DNA of 63,985 bases, the filler included, from Collodictyon triciliatum (Eukaryota): assembly GCA_043381765.1 (NCBI GenBank). It is 4 parts of 4 records of this genome, joined end to end, with 100 filler letters (N's around TTAATTAATTAA, not from the genome) between each part and the next. Parts side by side here need not be neighbours in the genome. Positions count along the whole stretch, not along the records: positions 51,271 to 58,585 come from JBHJMP010000541.1; positions 58,686 to 63,985 come from JBHJMP010000577.1; 2 more parts are not named here. The stretch is one strand, 5' to 3'. Position numbers and translations under genes: made by a program. Position 1 is the stretch's first letter, and each line of letters starts with the position of its first letter. Below are positions 54,801 to 63,985 of this stretch, piece by piece. Below the pieces are notes generated by a model that saw only the letters and a program-made list of their open reading frames with translations, had not been told where the DNA came from and made no database searches.

Positions 54801-57800
54801 GACATGAAGCTAACCCTAAACCAGACTATTAACTCTGGAAAAGCATGGCTGCAGCAGGTCTCTTTTCTCTCTTTCATTTTCTTTTATATCTGCTTCTCTT
54901 TTTCTCTCTTTTTCTCTCTTTTTCTCTCTTTTTCTCTCTTTTTCTCTCTTTTTCTCTCTTTTTCTCTCTTTTTCTCTCTTTTTCTCTCTTTTNNNNNNNN
55001 NNNNNNNNNNNNNNNNNNNNNNNNNNNNNNNNNNNNNNNNNNNNNNNNNNNNNNNNNNNNNNNNNNNNNNNNNNNNNNNNNNNNNNNNNNNNTCTTCTTC
55101 TCTCTTCTTCTTCTCTCTTCTTCTTCTCTCTTCTTCTTCTCTCTTCTTCTTCTCTCTTCTTCTTCTCTCTTTCTTCTCTCTTTCTTCTCTCTTTCTTCTC
55201 TCTTCTTTTTTCTCATTTTTATTTTATTTTATTTTATTTTATTTTATTTTATTTTATTTTATTTTATTTTATTTTATTTTATTTTATTTTATTTTATTTT
55301 ATTTTATTTTATTTTATTTTTTATTTATATAAACAAAATGCTCGGAAGATAGCATAGCATATACGTACATAAAGCCTCAATATCTCAATATACAATCCTT
55401 CTTACCAATTATCTTTTTGTAAACAGTTTCCATCCTACGTACAGCCAAATATGAGGACTTACTTTAGATTAACCCCTCATCCTGGCTTCAAATCACATTA
55501 CCACATCGGTATTTTTTTTGTTCGGAGTAATGCAATAGTCAAGTGGGTCACTGAAGGGTTTTATGACGTGACTGAAATAAAGATTTACAGACACCCTGAA
55601 ATGTACGATTATATTATTTAAAAAATATGTAATTTATCCTTCTAATGTCTGCAAAATAAATTTATGCAGGTTTTTTTAAACCCTGACCGTATTTTCCCTT
55701 CTTCTCTTAGAATATTATTCGTTGCGTTATTTGCTAAAAATTCAAAATGCAAATCTAATTTTGTTTATATTGATAATATTTGCAGTTGGTACACTGCAAA
55801 CGACCTTGGGGTATTCGGTGCCGACCTTTATATGTACAAGCTTTCTATGAATCGAAAAAGCATATTTTTTTTTAAAAAAAAAAAACCAGTATACCAATTA
55901 TTTTTTCCTCCTTTATTCGAACCAGTATACTCATTCTTAAACTGTATTAGGCACAATATAGATACAGGAGTCACGAAACGAATTTCATCAGGAAATGGCC
56001 TCTCTGATGCTAGTTTTAGTGTTAATGGAAATTGGTTTCTATTGAGATATCAAGGCCCTGATATTCCTCGTCTTACACTCCATAAACGTGAAGACCCGGG
56101 TTAGTATTACTCATAAATCATAAAGCCTGCTTCATCAAATGTCCTTTCATGCATATTGATTTCTTGTTTTAAAGTAGATTGATTTCGTGTCATTATACCC
56201 ATTAGATTTTTTCTTTATGGAATTCAAAGTACCCATAGCATATAATGATTTTATTATTGTCTATTTGTTATCCCCACGGTCCTGCACAAAATTGAAAGGA
56301 ATAATCATATAAAAAATTATTGTCTATTTGTTCATTTGTTCATAAAGAACCATAACGCCCATTTGATACTAGGGCAATCATGGAGTTTGATAGACAACAA
56401 CCACATCAAAGAAAACATTAATAAATTTCATATACCAGAAAAAAGATACATAACAATACCTACAGACCATGAAGGTAACTCAGTCTAATCTGAGCCACTA
56501 TTAATTTATTTTGATGATTATTTTTAATTTCTTGCATCTATAACCCAAGTAAAACTAAAGTTTGCATCACTCATCAAAAAAAGACTTGTATGGTGTGGAA
56601 ATACGGCCTCCGAATTTTTCTCCTGTTGTGAAGTATCCCGTAATAATATATGTGTAAGTCCTTTTAAATAAAATTTAGAAAAAAAAAAGGCTCTGGCATA
56701 TTGGAAATGACTATTTATATCATGTGTCGATTAGATACAATGGCCCTGAAAGCAGATTGGTAACGTATTCATGGTCTATTGACTATCACGCGTACCTCGC
56801 CACAGAAGGATTTCTGGTTTATATGTTCGACTCTAGGTATCCAAATCCTTTGAATTGTGCGTGCTCACATATATTTTACTTTTTTTTTTCGAATTTTTTT
56901 GATTCCAATATACAACACTTGTCAAGTTTTTTATTGACTAATATACTCATTCATAAGAGGCACAACCGGCCGTGGAGAAAGCTTTCTCAAGGCCGTATAT
57001 GGGAATCTCGGGATATATGAGACGGATGACTTATATTCTCTCATTCGGTACCGCTTAACGGAATGAAAATTATATGTGTTTACGCTCCTTTTGGGAAAAC
57101 TCATTTCACACTCTAAACGCATTAATTTTCAGGTATATCAAAAGCTTTGATTATGTAGATGCTGATAATATAGGTCTTTGGGGTTGGGTAATATATTATT
57201 TTTTCCGCTGTGAAAAATTCGTGTTTATTTTTCTTCTCATTTCTGCAAATTGAGGGTCTGGCTTTGATTTGATAGCCTCCTTTTGCACAGACACTATTTT
57301 TGAATTATTTGGATGCGTTAGTCCTCTTCTTTTTTCTTCTTTTTTTTTCTTTCATAAAGTCTTCGGTTCGTTCGACTTATTTGATTTTTGAACTTGCTGC
57401 GGTTTTGAAGAGTTACGGCGGCTATCTAACTCTGATGGGAGTCTCGGACCCTAGAGGCTCGGCGATAAAAGCCGCCATCGCCATCGCACCGGTCGTGGAT
57501 TGGGGACTTTACCGTAATCATTTCTTCACATTATGGATAATGGATATGCATTTTATCTTTCACACACTCTGTATGAACAATTTTTTTTTATTTTTACCCA
57601 TCTTTTTCTTGGTAATATATTGTTATTCTCTTTTGGTACTTTTCACAAAGAATTTGTTTTCTCCCCTTTATTCGATTCAAAGTTCATAAATAATTGATAA
57701 ATTATTGTCGATTAGAGACAACTTACACTGAACGGTACATGGGTAGCAGCTTTTGGAATGCAGGTGGTTACCAGATGTCTTCGGTTCTTAATAGAGCCCA

Positions 57801-58266
57801 GAACATCCGCTCTAAGTTGTTGATTGCACACGGAACAGGTTATTTTGAACACAGCTATTCTTTATTTTTATAAAATGAGTGCTTATTTGTGTTTGATTTT
57901 GCTCATGATACTTCTTTTCATTCAGGTGACGACAATGTTCACTATCAACACACCGCATTGCTTTTGGAGAAGCTCGTCCAGTTCAACGTGGACTTTGACG
58001 TTTTACCGTACACAAATGTATGTTCTCTTTTTTTTTCTTTTTCAATGCTCGTGAGACAAGTATAATCAACTATATGTGTGAAGAGGATGAGTGCATATGA
58101 CTGCATGCTGCTATATCTGCTCCCTACTTCCCCTCTTTACCAATTTAAATATTTGTGGTTTAATATTAAAAGACTGAAATAATAGGAAAATCATAATCTG
58201 GGATATTCGTATTCGCACGTGTACAAGAAAATGATTCAGTTTTGGCTCAATAATCTACGGCCATAA
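51893..58266 (+). CDS. Dipeptidyl peptidase IV-family (S9B) type II membrane serine peptidase
   Basis: N-terminal TM (ISIFLLFFGFSMVVSAIFVGL). KYPVIIYVYNGP, DSRGTTGRG, nucleophile motif GLWGW|SYGGY split by an intron, IAPVVDWGLY...YTERYMG, AHGTGDDNVH, ENHNL; stop TAA 58264-58266. Confidence 0.92.
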
Positions 58267-58585
58267 CGCCCTATTGACCCCAATATATGGGATTCTATAC
58301 TGAATGGATTTGTTGAACAAATCCTTTGTAATAGGGATGATGTATTCATCACTTTTATATTATACTTTCTTGTTTTCTTCAACTATCGACGAAATATGCC
58401 ACCAAATCACCTTTGCTTTTCCAACCCCTGCTACCCACGCAACCAATCAACCAGTTGGGACGCCCACCTGACCAGCTCGCTATCACTGATTTCTTTCCAG
58501 TGCTAGCCTCTCCACGGTAGTGTCTTCTCCTACTCGCGTTTGCTCTCTCCCATGCGCTCCCATCCCGCCCCTTTGTATGGCATAA

Positions 58586-58685
58586 NNNNNNNNNNNNNNN
58601 NNNNNNNNNNNNNNNNNNNNNNNNNNNNNTTAATTAATTAANNNNNNNNNNNNNNNNNNNNNNNNNNNNNNNNNNNNNNNNNNNN
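58586..58685. other. Artificial scaffold-joining spacer
   Basis: N-TTAATTAATTAA-N. Confidence 0.95.
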
Positions 58686-58970
58686 AAAAACAAATAAAAA
58701 CAAATAAAAACAAATAAAAACAAATAAAAACAAATAAAAAACAAATAAAAAACAAATAAAAAACAAATAAAAAACAAATAAAAAACAAATAAAAAACAAA
58801 TAAAAAACAAATAAAAAACAAATAAAAAACAAATAAAAAAGAATAACTATGTGAACGGTTTTGATATCACTTTTTTTTTTCCATCTCAAACTTGCTTCAA
58901 CCCATCATCAAATTAAGAAAAGACATCGGAGGGTTGGTGGGTAACCTTGTATAAAATACCCTCCTCCTCC

Positions 58971-61900
58971 TCAATTATAACAGATAACATAATAATTGAA
59001 GAGCGAGTCGAAAGCACAACATCATTTTTGGTAAATGGAATGGCATCAATGATCAATTCCTTCAAAGTAAAGGTAAGTCAATATGTAATCAAGAAACGAT
59101 TTTCATGGGTATAATAATTGCAGAGAACTTAATAAGTAAAGTAATCTTAACGAGAAATATCGATGCAGAAATTTACTTCATTTTTGTATACACCCATCAA
59201 TTGAATCTCATATTTAGGTCCTTTTGAAGGATCTGTTTCATCTGCAATTAGATAAAAGAAGGACAAAACACCTTCAACTTTGGCATCTCGGGTTTTCAAG
59301 CTCGATAAAAGCGTGATGATTCTAGAATTAACAGCAGTAGATATTCAGTCATTATCATGCAACACTACACCAAAATATGTAAAAGGCTGGTATTTGGGGT
59401 AGAGAAGATAGCCACGGTGACTATCATTTTAATCAATTTAGTCTTGTGTACTTGCTATCGTGGTATGAAGAGTGTTCCATGAAGAAGAGAGATTTTCCTT
59501 GATGACCAGGGTCAAGAGTCATTCGGTACTGTTCGGTAAACTTCGGCAGCGAGTAAACCACAATCTCAGACTATACGAATCATGGCAAGTACTTGTAAAT
59601 TTGTAAGTTTCGTCCGTTTAGAGTATATGCCATGAATGCAAAACATATACTTCATAATTTATTTCTTCTTCTTCTTTTTTTTTTTTTTTTTGGGGGGGGG
59701 GGGGGGGGAGGTGAACTGCAGCCGCATTTTACCTGAATATTGTCAACTTCTTGCAGTGCGATAATGCAGTTATACTTTTTATTGACTATAAAGGAGCGAA
59801 CTGTTTTATTAACATAAAACTTCTGGAAATTAAGGGCAGGTATGCGGTCAAGGGATCCAAAAGCCATAACTCCATTCTAATTATTATGGAAAGTAAACTT
59901 TAAAACATGAATCATTGTATTTTTTAAGGATGAATAAAGAAGGAAGAAAATAATAACATCTTGCTTTCATGTTAACTTTCATATGTAATTATTTGAGATA
60001 ATATCCAACGTATCTGAATGAAATATAAGCTTGATTAAAAAATTCTCAAAAGGTTAACCTGTCTCGTAATTACAAATGTATTCGGGTGAGACTTTGTGTG
60101 GAATGGAATAACACATGTGATTTCGGTAAGGCCGTGGATAGTCATTAAATTCATTTTCCCTCTCTTTGGTTCATTATAATCCAATATTGCACAAGTATCA
60201 CTGCATGCAAATATTACTAAAGAATATAATTTAGCGATATATGACTATAGGAAAATATTATAGGCTGAGAACAGGTCTAGTATCACATACCTGTGAGTTA
60301 ACATCATGATATAATATCAAGAAAAAACAAAATAAAAACAAAATAAAAACAAAATAAAAACAAAATAAAAACAAAATAAAAACAAAATAAAAACAAAATA
60401 AAAACAAAATAAAAACAAAANNNNNNNNNNNNNNNNNNNNNNNNNNNNNNNNNNNNNNNNNNNNNNNNNNNNNNNNNNNNNNNNNNNNNNNNNNNNNNNN
60501 NNNNNNNNNNNNNNNNNNNNATAAAAGGAGCATTAATGGAGAATAAAAGGAGAATAAAAGGAGAATAAAAGGAGAATAAAAGGAGAATAAAAGGAGAATA
60601 AAAGGAGAATAAAAGGAGAATAAAAGGAGAATAAAAGGAGAATAAAAGGAGAATAAAAGGAGAATAAAAGGAGAATAAAAGGAGAATAAAAGGAGATATT
60701 AATAAATATATAAAAATACGGTTAAAAGAACAATTACATGGAACTCCAGCTTGAGTGTATTCAGTAAGCTTAACGGGCCTTTAGAGGAGTAAATTAAATA
60801 AGTAAACTGAAAAGCAAAATTGAATGACGAAATTGAAGAAAAGAAAGAAAGAGGGACAAAAAAGGGAAAATTTTTGACCACTTGGAAATTTAAGCTATTT
60901 TTTGTTAATAGCGCTGGGATAAGTCGATTAATAATCATGTTGAGTGCAGTGTTAATTTTGTTCTCTAAAAGCAAAATAAGGTACATTTTGCCAATCGAGT
61001 AGATATTGAACGAGACTTCAGGAGATTTGAGCGCGTAAGTTATCTCTACAACACGTCCGTCATACAGACCCATTAAGAGTCTATGGATGCCAATTTGTAG
61101 CTCGTGAAACAACACCGACCTTGAATTTGAGCCTGGGAGTCTCTAATCGAACAGTTAGAGGGTCCTTAGTATTTTACATGTACAAATGTAATGCTAAATA
61201 AAATTCACTGAAAAAAAAGATTATATATATGCTCACTTACAATAGTCTTTTCACATTCCATATTTTCAATATTTAGGATTGTTGCATCGTTGGCAATCCA
61301 AGATGTGAAAACAAGATATTGAGGTATAGTTCCTTGCTAATTGTGCATATAAATGTGTATGAATTTCAGTGGCAATAGGCAAACGATAAGCCGAAAGATA
61401 AACCAAAAGATTTTTTTTCCTTTATTCGATTCAAAGTAGATAAACCAAAAGATAAACCAAAAGAAATATCAAAAGAAATATCAATAGAAATATCAATAGA
61501 AATATCAATAGAAATATCAATAGAAATATCAATAGAAATATCAATAGAAATATCAATAGAAATATCAATAGAAATATCAAAAGAAATATCAAAAGAAATA
61601 TCAAAAGAAATATCAAACGAAATATCAAAAGAAAAAGAAAAATGAATATTTCAAATCCTTAAGAAACAAAACAAAACAACTAAAAGACTGAAAATAATGT
61701 CAAGATTTTTTTTTGAGAGAAAATGTGGGTTTACCCTAGACGGTTGGCATATAGCTATACTGGAAATTTGGTATTGACAACCCTTTCTTTTGATCTGATG
61801 AAATCAATAAAGCAAGAACAGTTTAAATATATGTTGGTAATCATAGTGCGAATGTCAAAAAGTTAAATATGTTTAAAAAGAAAGATATTACCAATTCAAT

Positions 61901-63660
61901 GGAATGAGACGAATTGATTTTTAAAAAGTATATCTCGGTACGGTTTGATGTAATAATCTGAAATATGATTAGGTTAAAATTTGAAATATTTTAAAAATGG
62001 TGTATTTTTTTATTTTGGTTCATATATTAAATATTCCGAAATAATCATAAAAAATAAAGTGCTCTAAAATGGTCCTGGATTTTTCTTTTTACATAAGGAC
62101 CGATGCTTGATGCATGCATCAGAGATGATTTATCTTCTGGAGACCATTTGGATACAAGTTCGTCTTTCCCATTGAAGAGAAATACACCAGCCTCAAAGAC
62201 CTAGAATTAACATGGATTCATTTTATAATCTTTTTCAAACTGTATATTTTAAATTTCATGAAATGCCATCTCACTTGCGAAGAATAAAAAATAACAAATT
62301 AGAGTGTATTTTTTTTATTTCAGCATGATTTTTTATCTCAAAATTAAGCATAAGGTTTACAGCGATTAGAAATCTCTGAAAGTTTCCGTAATAGAGACTG
62401 ACGCCTGTTGGGAAGTCCTTAATAGGAAATGGTAGAAGTAAAAAAAATAATTCACATGCAATTTTTTCCTATAAAATTAGATTTTTAATGACATCTTTTC
62501 TGACAAAAGATGCCTTAAATATCGCTCGTTCCATCGTTCCATTGTCAGGAGCAGTGAGGCAAATGGTTTCTGAGGCGAGGTCGTAAGAAAGAGCAATAAA
62601 CTGATCATATATGTCTTCTGATGTCAATCGTATACTAAAATAATTCTTCGATTAGCTATTATACGATAATCTAGGGTTAATTGACGAGGAAATAAGGAGA
62701 AAAAAAAAGATACAGTCATTAAGATAAACGCGCAATTATCAAAGAAGAGGAAACATGTCAAATGACCGCATACATTTCGAAAATTTCATCCATATAACAT
62801 TAACAAGAAAACTTGAACATGCGTACGATGATATGCTAGAAACGTTTCCTATATTTTGTCCCTCAGATTCGAGCACATTCATTTTTAATGAGTATTGACC
62901 GACAGAAATGGATGCTTCCTGATGTAATCCCGAGGCTATTACATGAATATACGTAAATCTTTAGCTACTCATATCGATATCTGGATCTATATTATGTGAT
63001 GGACATAAGGTACGTATGAATATAATCAAAATGATAATACTTCTACAATTGAAGGTAATATAAATTGCTCTCACTAAACTCTCACCAATAAACATAGTTG
63101 GTCGTCCATCTTGCATCTCTTCGATTTTTGCATCTAGCGTGGGTGCAAGTCCTAAAGAAAAGTCTGGAATCTAGAGTAAAATAATCATCACGCAGTTATT
63201 TTTCTCGCAAAGCACGTGTAAAAAGAGGGCACAAAGATTGAAATGATACATACGACTATAGTCCCCTGTGGGTCTCTTGTGGGGATTTGGCCCAAACTTA
63301 ACCGAAGTATCTTGAGGAATCAAAAGTCATTCATTGCTATTAATATCACTATCTGTGGGTCGAGTTGTTGTCAAATGAAAATGAATATTTATTCAAAGGG
63401 TTTCTTCAATTTAGACGAAATAAGCAAAAATGATAAACCTGAGAAGTTCCACTACTACTGCCGATGAAGATCAGTTTGTTGGCACCGAATTGACACATCG
63501 AATTTGGAGAAGGAAGGCGGCCTGATATTCGAACCTGTGCAATTTTAATAATGAAAAATCTTGGTTTTGCAGTCAAAGGAAAAGTTACTTTTGTGATCCA
63601 GTAACAGGGAATGTTAACGTTATATTACGCGCTGGAATATAAATTGAATATCAGGCGAGT
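58971..63660 (-). CDS. Partial, divergent DDB1/MMS1/CPSF1/SF3B3-family beta-propeller protein (both ends probably outside this scaffold or window)
   Basis: Exons in DDB1-like order: IASGLHQEASISV, FTSWIANDATILNI, LPGSNSRSVLF...LLMGLYDGRVV...SIG, VCDTRP, VMAFGSLDRIPALNFQKFYVNKTVRSF, IVVYSLPKFTEQYRMTL, IIDAIPF...VVLSTRSSIIML. Confidence 0.6.
60538..60697. repeat. (GGAGAATAAAA)n 11-bp intronic tandem repeat
   Basis: Direct reading. Confidence 0.9.
61463..61630. repeat. (GAAATATCAATA)n 12-bp intronic tandem repeat
   Basis: Direct reading. Confidence 0.9.
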
Positions 63661-63985
63661 TTCCTCGAAGACTCATTAAAGACAGAAACCCATTCCTACA
63701 TTTTGAACAGTTTTTTTTAAAGAAAAGAAAAGAAAAGAAAAGAAAAGAAAAGAAAAGAAAAGAAAAGAAAAGAAAAGAAAAGAAAAGAAAAGAAAAAGAA
63801 AAAAGAAAAAGAAAAAGAAAAAGAAAAAGAAAAAGAAAAAGAAAAAGAAAAAGAAAAAGAAAAAGAAAAAGAAAAAGAAAAAAGAAAAGAAAAAGAAAAA
63901 GAAAAAGAAAAGGGGGCGCTTCACTCATTATCTTATCCTTTTGACAGAAAATGACAATATAATATTTAATGATAAGCACCTTTCG

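Noticed and set aside
60538-61630. Tandem repeats as CRISPR-like arrays
   Set aside because: No unique spacers; they are simple intronic satellites in a eukaryote.

Overview
Intron-rich, AT-rich eukaryotic genomic DNA from a mitochondriate protist (amoebozoan-like gene content; taxon not determinable from sequence alone). The window is four scaffolds joined by artificial N-TTAATTAATTAA-N spacers (about 20032-20131, 51171-51270, 58586-58685). Manual splicing (GT-AG, standard code) gives these genes: a kinase-less LRR-ROC-COR-PH Roco GTPase (-), succinyl-CoA synthetase beta (+), a secreted MYDGF/UPF0556-family protein (+), a KpsF/GutQ-type sugar-phosphate isomerase fused to a UDP-GlcNAc-pyrophosphorylase-like domain (-), a probable non-LTR ORF1 relic (+), a large multipass membrane protein with a p25alpha-like segment (-), VWA8 ending in SKL (-), cohesin STAG/Scc3 (+), an endosomal syntaxin (-), a DPP-IV-family peptidase (+) and a partial, divergent DDB1-like gene (-). 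The best novelty candidate is the SIS-UAP fusion, whose pyrophosphorylase active-site loop is rewritten (GGQGTRLG...PKG becomes GGQYWRMG...SIG). All family calls come from motif recognition; no database searches were run.
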